Positions 44,896 through 54,567 of a stretch of 64,000 nt of DNA are shown here, piece by piece; the first letter of the stretch is position 1; every line of letters starts with the position of its first letter. The notes beneath the pieces are model-generated. The model searched no databases and was not told the DNA's origin. It saw only the letters and a program-made list of their open reading frames with translations. A program made the position numbers and the translations under genes. The stretch lies in the IMG/VR virus record IMGVR_UViG_3300045125_000071, positions 62,001-126,000 of that record; one strand, written 5' to 3'.

Positions 44896-44909
44896 CAAAA
44901 AGGAAAAGT

Positions 44910-45173
44910 ATGATACTTTGGAAGTGGCAAAATGGAAGACAACATAATTGCGAATATCAGAAGTTCCCACTATGGTATTTTAAGTTATGGAAGTTTGGGT
45001 TTGATTGTTACATTCTCAGTTATAATGAGAACCAAACATTACCCAAACATAAAGACCCTATTGTGAATGGAAAACACTGGAGATTGAATATCGGATATGG
45101 TAATTCAAATTTTCTTTGTGAAAAATTAATTTTTGGTAAAAAAGATTGGATTATTATCCGTATATTTGTTTAG
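44910..45173 (+). CDS. 2OG-Fe(II) oxygenase-like small protein (3' end frameshifted)
   Basis: Y......LPKHKDP....HWRLNI (HxD motif). Confidence 0.45.
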   Translation: MILWKWQNGRQHNCEYQKFPLWYFKLWKFGFDCYILSYNENQTLPKHKDPIVNGKHWRLNIGYGNSNFLCEKLIFGKKDWIIIRIFV

Positions 45174-45258
45174 GCCTGATTTATATGAACATTCCCTTCA
45201 TATAATTGGGAAAACAAGAAAACTCTCTATTGGGTTTGCAAAGTATATGTAAGTAAAT

Positions 45259-45374
45259 GGTCAGGTGGCGAAATAGAGCAGACGCATGATGATAAAGTAG
45301 GGTCCGAATGTACTCGGAGGAAATTGATTCAATTAGGTTGCAAACTAATATAGGTTCGAATCCTGTCCTGACTA
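45259..45374 (+). ncRNA. tRNA-scaffold RNA 14 (116 nt)
   Basis: GGTCAGG/CCTGACT; three-hairpin insert (TCCGA/TCGGA, AATTG/CAATT, ATTAG/CTAAT). Confidence 0.85.
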
Positions 45375-45491
45375 CGAGGGAAATAATCTTAACCAGCCTC
45401 AAATGTTGAATCTTGTTGACCATTCCTGGTTTATACAAGTGCGAACGGGCCTAATGATGGTAAGGTTGACAGCGGGGAAAGACCCGACCAT

Positions 45492-45577
45492 GGTCAAGTA
45501 GCTTATAATGGGTATATGGGTATTAACTCTTCCTTTAAGTAGGTTTAGCATTGTGGGTTCAAATCCCATCTTGACCG
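45492..45577 (+). ncRNA. Divergent tRNA-like element (86 nt)
   Basis: GGTCAAG/CTTGACC acceptor, GTGGG-TTCAAAT-CCCAT T arm, no canonical anticodon arm. Confidence 0.65.
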
Positions 45578-45591
45578 CAAAATAAAATGTT

Positions 45592-46206
45592 ATGAAAAGC
45601 AAGACAGTGGAACGCATCATGGGAGAAATGGAAAAAGACCCGTGGTATGTCAAACTAAGAAGGTGGTGGAATCTGAAGGTGTGGACATGGAAATGTTTAT
45701 CCAGGAAATATTGGGACAAAACACATTCTGGTTATATCTTTAGAAAAAGAATCATGATTTCAAAAGAAACATTGGAAGCAGTTCGGGTTGGAATACTAAC
45801 GGACAAGCAATTGAATGAAGCAATTGAACACTATACTAAGTTAGAAGAACTTCTAAGATGTCATGGAGAAGTATATTCTCTTGTATGGAGCAATGTTTTT
45901 TATATACTTCATACGCTTGAAGGATATCAAACATCAAGAAAAAAGAGGGTTGATTGGGAAGGGATATACAATAACCTGATGGTGGAGGTAGTATATCTGG
46001 AGTTTGGAATCATCATAGTAATGCCAATCGTAAAAGGAGTTGTCCACGGAACCATCTTCTCCTTTCCTTTTTCATATAAAACAATTATTATGTTTTCAAA
46101 AACAAGAGTCAAGTTCAGACTTAAAGGAAGTGACGAAATCCAATTGGGGTTTTTGGAAAAAAATAAAGAATACAAAAAACAAATATCGTGTTTTATCCAT
46201 GGATAA
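45592..46206 (+). CDS. Hypothetical ORF(s); probably several small genes read through
   Basis: 204-aa ORF with internal ATG-led segments. Confidence 0.35.
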   Translation: MKSKTVERIMGEMEKDPWYVKLRRWWNLKVWTWKCLSRKYWDKTHSGYIFRKRIMISKETLEAVRVGILTDKQLNEAIEHYTKLEELLRCHGEVYSLVWSNVFYILHTLEGYQTSRKKRVDWEGIYNNLMVEVVYLEFGIIIVMPIVKGVVHGTIFSFPFSYKTIIMFSKTRVKFRLKGSDEIQLGFLEKNKEYKKQISCFIHG

Positions 46207-46270
46207 AAAATCTGGATATTGTATTTCTTTGTTAGATATGTTGGAAAAATTTAAATATTTAATAGAACAT

Positions 46271-46345
46271 AGTCAGGGTGGCTGAATGGCAACGGCAGTT
46301 CACGAGGTGTTACGAAGAATGCAGGTTTGAATCCTGTCCTGACTG
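46271..46345 (+). ncRNA. tRNA-scaffold RNA 15 (75 nt)
   Basis: AGTCAGG/CCTGACT-G; T loop TTTGAAT; non-canonical central hairpin. Confidence 0.8.
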
Positions 46346-46548
46346 TAAACAACCTGTACCCTTGGGAAACTCGTATTATTCAGCAGGGTCCAGCTTCAAC
46401 GCTGGACGTTCTACTAAAGAGGAGCGGAGTTTTAAGGAACGGCTGATAGATAAGCAGGTTGGTCCCGATATAAAAGGGTAAGAGAATAGGGACACTTTTT
46501 GGTGAATTGATTTAAAAATTTTACATTTGTCATGTAAAAGTTACTACC

Positions 46549-46829
46549 ATGATATTACCAACAGATTATACCGAATTAACAATTAAAGAAAGAAATTCAA
46601 GTAAGGGAACAATACATAAAAGAACAAAATAACAATTGTATGTATTGTGGTGAAAATTTATATGCTCCACCACCCGAAAGAATTACAAATAAACCCATCG
46701 ATTGGAATTTATTTCCACCAAATTTTTTAAAATATCCAATACATCTCCAACATTGCCACAAACAAATATGACCGAGGTGCTGTTCATAGTTATTGTAATG
46801 CGGTAATGTGGCAATACGAGGGTAGGTAA
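46549..46829 (+). CDS. Endonuclease VII-like zinc protein, frameshifted
   Basis: CMYCG...IHLQHCH...HSYCN; TACATTTG promoter element at 46522-46529. Confidence 0.5.
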
Positions 46830-46850
46830 TTATAAAACAAATCAAATGCC

Positions 46851-49550
46851 ATGGAAGGTAAATTTTATTCCGAAGAAGAAATGAAACACTTATTGGACAC
46901 AATGTATGCCCAAACAATTAAAGGTTTCATGGAATGGGTTGAAAAAGAAACAATAATTATCAATAGAGACACGAAAAGAACCAATATTAGATTGTGTTAC
47001 GGTTTAAAACCAGACCCCAAAAAGCCAAGCGAATACATTTTTCCAAAATTGAAGGAACATGGAATAACCATGAACAACAAATTTGAAATAACCGATGGAA
47101 TATAGAATTGTTGAAAAGTTAAGGTGATTTTCACAGAAGAAGAGTCTTTTTGTCCCCAATATAAAAAATGGTTGTTTTGGCGAAGTTTGAAAGAACTGAT
47201 GCTCAAACCATTGAGGAATTTTTATACCACATATGATGATGCGTTATCATTCTTGAAAGAAAAAATATCAAAAACCGTGTATCATTGTAAATGTGTTGAG
47301 AAACAAAGAATTGACAGAAATAAAAATTCACAATATCACCAAAGAGTAATAATGAAATACAGAGAAGTTAAAAAACTGCTCAATGATGCTGGATTTGCAC
47401 CCTTGAGGCAATTCAAACATCTTCAGAACTTGAAATGTTAAGTTTTGGCATCCAACAATCAAAGGTGAAATCTTTGTCGATTTCGGTCTTGATGTTAATA
47501 TACCACAAGATATATTGGATGGTAAAGAATTCTCATATAACGATGAGAAGGAAGAATGGTTGATGAATACCAATGTCAATATGGTTTCGTTTGACATAGA
47601 TGTTTCAATGTCATTTATGTCTGAAGATATTTTGGATACTTGTGGAAATACAAGCGAAAATAAAATCATTTTTATTTGGCGAAGATGTTGATTTAACGCC
47701 AAAGGTTCTATCAATTACGAAAAGCAGGACCGCGATGTGGGTTTATGAAATTTCAAAAAGAACACTCTGAAGAAATGAATAAGTTCTTTGCATGGGTTGG
47801 AAACATTCTTTCCCATACTTGAGAAATACAATTTAAAACTCGAAGCATTTTCAACAAGTGGTAATGAAGGAACATTATATAGAAATATTGCGTTAAGATT
47901 CTCGAAATCAAATATGGAATATATTGATTTTTATCTTGATATTTTAACATGGAGAAAGAGTATCACAATAAATATTGAACCAGGTTTTCTTGAAGATTCT
48001 GCATTTTTGAAAAGTGATTGTTCTCTTGGAGAATTTAAATCGGAATTGGAAAAACAATGGGATGTGTTAATTAAATTTGAAGAAAAAACAAAAAATTTTA
48101 GGTTTTAAAATGTCTGAAAAATACAAGAGAAATTACCATTCGGTAAGTTTTAAAATAAAAATTGACTCGTGGCGTAACTGGTTAACGCGGCTCGCTCATA
48201 ACGAGAAGATTGTGGGTTCAAGTCCCTCCGGAGTCAACTTTAAAATTCGTATAAAAAGGCGATAATAAAAAATATCGACAAATAATACGAATTATTGATT
48301 TTATCTATATTTGAATTACAAAAACAAAGTATCATGAAAATCAATCTACAAGAAAGGCTTGACCTTGAAAAGAAAAAAGACATGGAGGTCTTGATTCCGT
48401 TAAGGAAGTCAAACTTCTGTTAGCTGGAGACAGAATCTGAAGATACCAGGATTTTAAGGGACTTATCCGAAAATTCGAAATCAACAGGGTTGAAAAGATT
48501 ACCCAAACGGCATTGGAGATTGAAAAAATAGAATCCCAATACACTGGAAATGTCTTTACCATTTCAATCAAATCAAAAAACTTGCTGTCGAGTATCGTTT
48601 GAGATTTTTGAACACTCAGGTATTTCACTGGTAAGTTTGATGTTGAGGTTGCCGCAAAAATAAAAGAATTCGGAAAGGATAATAATATTTCATTTCAAGA
48701 TTATCAACTGAAAAACAGTTTCTTTGTTCTTGGTCCAAAAGAACAATTTGACCTCAAAAGAAGAAAAGTATATTGACCCAAGACCAGTCGACCCAGTTCT
48801 ATTCTACAGAGATAGATGAGAACCATTATCGTTTGATTCACAAATGGGAGTCAGACTTCACCGTTATGAGGTACCTGAGGGTTTCAAATGGAAAAATACT
48901 CTAAATCTATTTTTGGTACACCATTGTTTGCATGTCTTCCAATATTTCGCATTTTTGGTTGGACTTTTATATAGACTATCAATTGTTACAATTAAGCGAT
49001 TAGTAATATATTACTTAATTTATTTTTCATAGCTTTCCCAACGTTAGGATTGGTCACATTCAGAAATATCAGACAGAAAATCAGATGGTGATTGGGATGC
49101 TATTCGAGAATTCTTTACAACTGGCAATTGGACAAGCTCAAAAAATCTAATACGATGAAAAAAGCAATCATTTTTGGATACTTTATTGGAATGGCGATTA
49201 CTGACATATTTCATGTTCCATCTTGGTGTGTGGCTTGAGAAACGGTGATGGTGAAATGGAAATAAGTATACGTGAAGCTAATTTAAGTGTCAAAGAAGCG
49301 ACAGAAAAGGGATATTTAGACCCAAACATGATGTATTCACAAAAATATCAATGTTCAGTATACCTTTCATAAAACAAGGTTTGGGTATGATATTCAAGAA
49401 GACACTCTTGATGTGACAGACATTTCATGAAACTCGTAGGTAACATATTTATGTAAATGAAATTTGTTATTATATCATTGTTTATAGCGTTTGCAATTGT
49501 CAGACTTATTGCCGTTCTGATTAATGACAATGATAAAAAGGGATAATATG
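46851..49550 (+). other. Run of small hypothetical ORFs (46851-47105, 47124-47441, 47788-48108, 48334-about 49150 and others), many fragmented
   Basis: ATG-led same-strand ORFs with phage-like composition; no recognisable motifs. Confidence 0.4.
48164..48236 (+). tRNA. tRNA-Met(CAU) (or Ile2 if lysidine-modified); one C apparently missing in acceptor
   Basis: CTCG-CTCATAA-CGAG anticodon arm, GGG-TTCAAGT-CCC T arm, GACTC/GAGTC acceptor. Confidence 0.8.
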
Positions 49551-49552
49551 TT

Positions 49553-49625
49553 GCGGCCATGATGTAATGGATTAGCATGAAAAACTTCTAATTTTTCCGT
49601 ACAGGTTCGAATCCTGTTGGCCGTA
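49553..49625 (+). tRNA. tRNA-Arg(UCU)
   Basis: GCGGCCA/TGGCCGT acceptor; AAAAA-CTTCTAA-TTTTT; ACAGG-TTCGAAT-CCTGT. Confidence 0.9.
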
Positions 49626-49702
49626 CAAAATTTTTATTACTTTTGGTTCGATTCATGATATTGGTATAATTTAAAATAAATTCGAGTTTTGTTGGGGGCT
49701 AT

Positions 49703-50383
49703 GTGACTTTTTTAAATTTTGACCATACTTATAATAAGTATGGCAAATTTAAACACAAAAAAAAGTATCATTTTATTTACAAAACAACAAATTTAAAAAC
49801 TGGTCATTTTTATATTGGGATGCACTCAACCAATAATTTAAATGATGGTTATTTGGGTAGTGGTAAAAGATTAACACGTTCCATAAGAAAGTATGGTAAA
49901 GAAAATTTTAAATTAGACATTTTGGAATTTTTACCAGATAGAAAAACATTAGAATTAAAAGAAAAAGAATTAGTCAATGAAGAACAATTAAAAGACCCAT
50001 TATGCATGAATATATGCGTTGGGGGTCAAGGTGGTTTCATATCAATAGAAGGATGCACTAAAGGTGGTGTAATCGCAGCAAAAATTCATGTTGATAGAAT
50101 AAAAAATGATTCAGAATATAGGGAAAAACATATATTGAGGTTTAGTGAAAAAGTAAAAAAACTTTGGAGAGATGGTGTTCTTAAACAACACGATTTTAGA
50201 GGTGGAAAACGGAAAGAAGAAACTAAAAGAAAAATAAGTGAAACAAATAAAATAAAACAAAAAGGAATTTTAAATTCACAATTTGGAACTCGATGGATTA
50301 CTGATGGTTCTGAAAATAAAAAAATAAAAAATACCGAGACAATACCAAATGGATGGGTCTTAGGTAGAAAAATGAAAAAATAA
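49703..50383 (+). mobile_element. GIY-YIG (Seg-like) homing endonuclease, paralogue of 39094
   Basis: FIYKTTN...FYIGMHST...DGYLGSG...GGQGG...GWVLGR. Confidence 0.88.
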
Positions 50384-50404
50384 TTTGAATTAAAATAAAA
50401 AACT

Positions 50405-50743
50405 ATGAAAACAATTTTATTAATTTTTGCATTTTTGTTAATCGGAACAACATCAACATTGAACACAAAGACGATTACTCATGAAATTTTTTATGAGAAA
50501 CTTGTTGAATATGATATAAAACATCCTGATGTTGTTTTTGCTCAAGCACTTCTGGAAAGTGCAAATTTCACATCCAAATTGTTCAAAACACAAAACAATT
50601 TATTTGGTATGAAATTGGCTATGAAAAGAAAAACAACCGCTGTTGGTAAAAATAAAAGTGGTTATGCAAAATACAATAGCGTTGACGATAGTATATATGA
50701 TTACTACTTATTCCAGGAATATGCTATGAGGAAAAAGAAATGA
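50405..50743 (+). CDS. Glucosaminidase (GH73-like) cell-wall hydrolase with signal peptide; 3' end frameshifted
   Basis: VVFAQALLES...NNLFGMK...YAKY. Confidence 0.75.
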   Translation: MKTILLIFAFLLIGTTSTLNTKTITHEIFYEKLVEYDIKHPDVVFAQALLESANFTSKLFKTQNNLFGMKLAMKRKTTAVGKNKSGYAKYNSVDDSIYDYYLFQEYAMRKKK

Positions 50744-50853
50744 GTAAAAAGGAATACATATCATATATCGGTAGAAACTATGCATATGATAAAGCATATG
50801 TGCAAAAACTAAATAAAATAATTAAGAATTATACGGAGATTCTGTATAAGGAC

Positions 50854-50926
50854 TAGGGTGTATATCAATCGGTAGATTTCGCGTTTTGGGTACGTGAGGT
50901 TGCCAGTTCGAGTCTGGCCACCCTAA
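50854..50926 (+). tRNA. tRNA-Pro(UGG)
   Basis: TAGGGTG/CACCCTA acceptor; CGCGT-TTTGGGT-ACGTG; GCCAG-TTCGAGT-CTGGC. Confidence 0.9.
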
Positions 50927-50928
50927 CA

Positions 50929-50958
50929 AAAAAGGTGCAATAATTAGCACCTTTTTTT
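50929..50958. terminator. Bidirectional terminator
   Basis: aaaaaggtgc-aataatta-gcaccttttttt between convergent units. Confidence 0.75.
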
Positions 50959-50977
50959 ATTTAAAATATTGCAGATA

Positions 50978-51166
50978 TTATTCTGCTGGATTTTCAGGTG
51001 CGACAGCTTTTTTAGAGGTCACTGACCATACAGCACCAACCAATGTCATAATTGCACCGAGAGCTTCTTGTAACATTCCATCGTCTAAAAGACCTTTGGT
51101 AACCAAAAAGCCACCTATGAATGTCAACCCGTGTCTAATAACACCTAATACTTGTTCTTTTGTCAT
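50978..51166 (-). CDS. Small two-TM holin-like protein
   Basis: VLGVIRHGLTFIGGFLV...GAIMTLVGAVWSV; adjacent to hydrolase. Confidence 0.55.
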   Translation of the reverse strand: MTKEQVLGVIRHGLTFIGGFLVTKGLLDDGMLQEALGAIMTLVGAVWSVTSKKAVAPENPAE

Positions 51167-51639
51167 AATTGTTTTTTTAAGATTTATTATATACCATAAA
51201 TATCTTATACTTATAAATAAACAACATTATGTTTTCAATTATTGCAGATATGACGATGAAAATCGTCGATTTGATTAATCAAAATGAAAAATTAAAAAAG
51301 AAGACAAAGAAAAAATAAGCAATGTTTTAAATGAAATATCTGAAATTATTTTAGATACATCGGTTAAATTAAAAAAAGACGAATATCCACATAATAATTG
51401 TATCGTTTTGGAGCGTCTATCAAATAGTTTACATTTTAGTTTGATTGATTATATCGAACAAAACGAATTGGATAAATTACATCAACTACTAGTTGAATCT
51501 TCAAATATTGAAAAATTATACGCTTATAGACATAATAAAGATATTATCAGAGATTTAATGAAAATTTCTGGTGAATTTAAAGCTATGTCAATTTTGTTAT
51601 TAGTTTAATTTTTCTTATATTTTTATAAAAATCATTTGT

Positions 51640-52104
51640 ATGGTTGACAAATTCAGAACGTTATATGGTAGAACAATTCCCAACATTGTTGAGTATATAA
51701 AAAATTTCATGTCTGAAAATCCGAATTCAGAATTATTAATTGGCGCGGATTCCCAATCTTATGAGAATAGGATAACAAAATACGGTATTGTTATTGCACT
51801 TTATACACAAGGTAAAGGGGCGCACGTTGTTTGCATGAGAGAAATTGTTCCCATTGAACATAATATGCAAATGAGATTAATGAATGAAGTTTGGAAATCG
51901 GTTGAGGTTGCTGAATTCTTAAAGGAAAACAATTTACCGAAACCTAAATTCATTGATATTGATTTGAATCCAGACCCAAAATATAAATCAAATACAATAT
52001 TGCGCCAGGCTATTGGTTTAGTTGAGGGTATGGGTTATAATGTGAGATACAAGAAGAACGGCGCAGCTATTCAGTATGCGGCAAATCATTTGGTAAGAAT
52101 TTGA
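51640..52104 (+). CDS. RNase H-like YkuK/DUF458 family protein
   Basis: LIGADSQ...GKGA...RLMNEV.KS...IDIDLN...KSN. Confidence 0.75.
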   Translation: MVDKFRTLYGRTIPNIVEYIKNFMSENPNSELLIGADSQSYENRITKYGIVIALYTQGKGAHVVCMREIVPIEHNMQMRLMNEVWKSVEVAEFLKENNLPKPKFIDIDLNPDPKYKSNTILRQAIGLVEGMGYNVRYKKNGAAIQYAANHLVRI

Positions 52105-52153
52105 TACTTTCTTTTTAGAAATAATTTCTTATAATTAAACATATATAATTAAC

Positions 52154-52548
52154 ATGGAAAAATTTGAACAATTTGAACCGAAAACAAAAAATAGATTTAT
52201 TATAAATGTTGTGGGAACCGATATCCCGCATCATTTATTTAAAAGCTATAAAATGTATAATCAGGGAAAAACAATTGTTGTTGATGTGGAATTTTATGAA
52301 ACAACTGAATGGACATTCAACCCCAAGAGTTTTTTGATATTGAGGATTTATTGATTCAACACGTAAACGCTGTGGGCGATGTAATCACAACATTAGATTT
52401 TAAGGTTGATGAAATTGAATATGAACAAGTCGGTAGTTATGCTGATGATGGATTATTAATGAATAAACTAAAGTTTATAACTAGCAATTGTGAACTAATT
52501 AAAACAGATAGTGAAATCATAAAAACAAAAGAAAATGAAGTGTATTAA
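52154..52548 (+). CDS. Hypothetical protein, one indel (tail-tube-like FEPK.KNRF start)
   Basis: Fragments 52154-52354 and 52309-52548. Confidence 0.4.
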
Positions 52549-52816
52549 AGTAATCAAAGAATTGAAAACCCAGAAGATAGGGGATATCAGTAGAGTATCT
52601 AATGAAGATGCTGATGAAAAAGTAAAGTCTGGATATTTTATGTATGCCCCAAAGTCAGAATGGAAACAGATGACAAAACAAAAGGTTGAATCCACTGAAA
52701 CATCTAAAGAAAACACTAAAACATTGAAAAAAATCAAAGAAATAACGAAACCGATAAAAAAACTAAAAATCCTAAAAAAACAAAGCAAAATAGTTGATTA
52801 TATCAGAATTAGTTCT

Positions 52817-52859
52817 TACTTTTGTATTGTTATCGGAAACGAAACAAGCTCTTTGAGAA
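52817..52859 (+). promoter_or_regulatory. Bacteroidota -7 element plus boxA-like motif
   Basis: TACTTTTG 52817-52824; GCTCTTTGAG 52848-52857. Confidence 0.55.
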
Positions 52860-52864
52860 AAAAT

Positions 52865-53045
52865 AAGCAAACGAAGACTGTGGTGTAACCCCACGGTATA
52901 TGAATCCTAAGACCCGTTTTATTCGCGGTATGGGCGGTGAAGGTAGAGACCACTATAAGTTGGGAGTTGCTGCCTAATACGAAATGTGGCCGCTGGCGCA
53001 GGGATGTGTTAGTCATGATGTGTAACGGGCACGAAAAGTTTGCTT
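52865..53045 (+). ncRNA. Structured ncRNA candidate (about 180 nt)
   Basis: Ends pair (AAGCAAAC/GTTTGCTT); CTGTGG/CCACGG hairpin; CCCGTT/AACGGG; GC-richer than flanks; U tract after. Confidence 0.6.
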
Positions 53046-53058
53046 TTTTTTAAAATAT

Positions 53059-53125
53059 TTTGGTAATTCGATTTTTTTACTTACCTTTGTTTAAGAATCG
53101 GAAAACGATAAAAGTTCTTTGAAAA
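53059..53125 (+). promoter_or_regulatory. Full Bacteroidota sigma-ABfr-type promoter plus boxA
   Basis: TTTG 53059-62, 19 nt, TACCTTTG 53082-89; GTTCTTTGAAAA 53114-53125. Confidence 0.75.
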
Positions 53126-53129
53126 TATA

Positions 53130-53975
53130 AATGGGCGGTCTATAGTCCAGTAATGACTCGAAAGAGTTGTTATAAAAATAAACTATGAAAGTAGTATAAA
53201 GTGGTCTCCTTGGTTAAAAGAGACTGCGGTTTATCGCAAGATGAACTTGAGTAGAAAAGCGAGACATCGTTTGACCCGTAGTAGCGAGGGTAACACTGTA
53301 GTGAAAGGGGTTGAATGACTGGGCGATGTGGGTCGTCTGGTTGAGGTGGGAACACCAATAAGAGTAACTCGTAGGGTAGTTGCAAGAAATATGGTCATCC
53401 AACTATATGATTGCGGTATCCAATACAATGGGTGTCTTAAAGTTGAAAGACATGATGAAAAACAGGTGGTGCTGTTATCATCCTTAGTTAGAATCTACCA
53501 AGGTTCTGATTATGAAGAAATCCAAAAGTATGGAGGTAGGGATATCTCAGAGAGTAGTTGTGTATTTTGCGGTTCAAAAGACTGTGAAGCACTGGTGACG
53601 GACCACTACTTTCAAAATCCACAAACCAAAAACTGTTACTTTTGACTAACAAGTTTAAAAAAGCAGGAAAAGTGTCCGTCAGTCATCAGAGACAGGTGGC
53701 TACTCAGTAACGAGTTGTTCGTTGCCACAAAGGGTCCCAAGCCCAATGTGATTTTTGTGAAAGTTCTCTAATCCCGCAAGGATGAGTTGGTGAGGCATCA
53801 TCGAAGAGCAGCGATTAGCAAGAGAGTATCTGGTGACTCAAGGATTGGTTAATCTAATTGACCGCCATTGATTGGTACTACTCAAAAGGTAGTGGATAAG
53901 AAGAGAACCTCAAAAGGGATAATGCTTCGAAAGTCAATCACAAGAACTTGTAATCTCAGAGTTTTTACTTTAATT
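53130..53975 (+). ncRNA. Giant structured ncRNA (about 850 nt), probably GOLLD-like
   Basis: Own promoter and terminator; GGCGGTC(53134-40)/GACCGCC(53860-66) long-range helix; numerous hairpins; phage tRNA-island context. The family name is inference from size and context. Confidence 0.65.
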
Positions 53976-53979
53976 GCTT

Positions 53980-54005
53980 ACCCAACCCAATCGGTTGGGT
54001 TTTTT
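53980..54005 (+). terminator. Intrinsic terminator
   Basis: acccaacc-caatc-ggttgggt-ttttt. Confidence 0.85.
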
Positions 54006-54076
54006 ATTTTTATATATTTATGAATATATTTGGCTCGAATTTTGTACTTTTACCATAAAATTCATATATTTATTTT

Positions 54077-54535
54077 ATGAAAGAAAACATTATCAACTTG
54101 AATAAAGCAATGCCCAAAAATAAGTCAGACAAACAATCAATAACCTCCAGGTTAATTGAATTTATAATATATGTGATGAGTGCTGCTGTCATCATGTATT
54201 ATCTTTTTAAAATTGTTTTTGGGTCACCAGGTCAACTTAAAGAAAACAATGAAACTATTGGTGCGATAAATAGTAAAATAGATTCGATATATGCATTACA
54301 AGATTTAACGCAACAAGGGATAACTAATTTAAAAGATGACCAAATCGAATTAAAAAATATGATTAACAATAATCAGATAATGATTAAAGAGAATAATGAG
54401 GAAATTTCAGCGTTAAAAAAAGTTGTTAATCAAAAAATCAATATGGCTAATCAAACTATTAATACACAAAATAGAAGAATAGTTGAATTAGAACAAAAAA
54501 GTTACAATAGTCTTGATAGTTTTTTTAGAGCATAG
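54077..54535 (+). CDS. Membrane-anchored coiled-coil hypothetical protein
   Basis: One TM segment then heptad-rich region. Confidence 0.6.
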   Translation: MKENIINLNKAMPKNKSDKQSITSRLIEFIIYVMSAAVIMYYLFKIVFGSPGQLKENNETIGAINSKIDSIYALQDLTQQGITNLKDDQIELKNMINNNQIMIKENNEEISALKKVVNQKINMANQTINTQNRRIVELEQKSYNSLDSFFRA

Positions 54536-54567
54536 ACAAAATAAAAATAAATAATTTTTTATGACTT

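Noticed and set aside
39816-46345. CRISPR array
   Set aside because: The repeats are bipartite inverted halves forming tRNA arms, with irregular spacing and intervening ORFs; no uniform direct repeats and no cas genes in the window
39816-46345. Ordinary or intron-containing tRNA genes
   Set aside because: No canonical anticodon loop, no shared exon stems or splice-site pattern, and inserts are too short and unlike the genuine group I intron at 38793
39816-46345. Bacterial Y RNAs (YrlA-type)
   Set aside because: Here the 5' and 3' ends form the acceptor stem, unlike the Y RNA topology, and no Ro60 gene or Ro-binding stem is visible
52816-53645. ORFs 52816-53016, 53170-53428 and 53328-53645
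   Set aside because: They overlap structured RNAs with their own promoter and terminator and lack protein-like features
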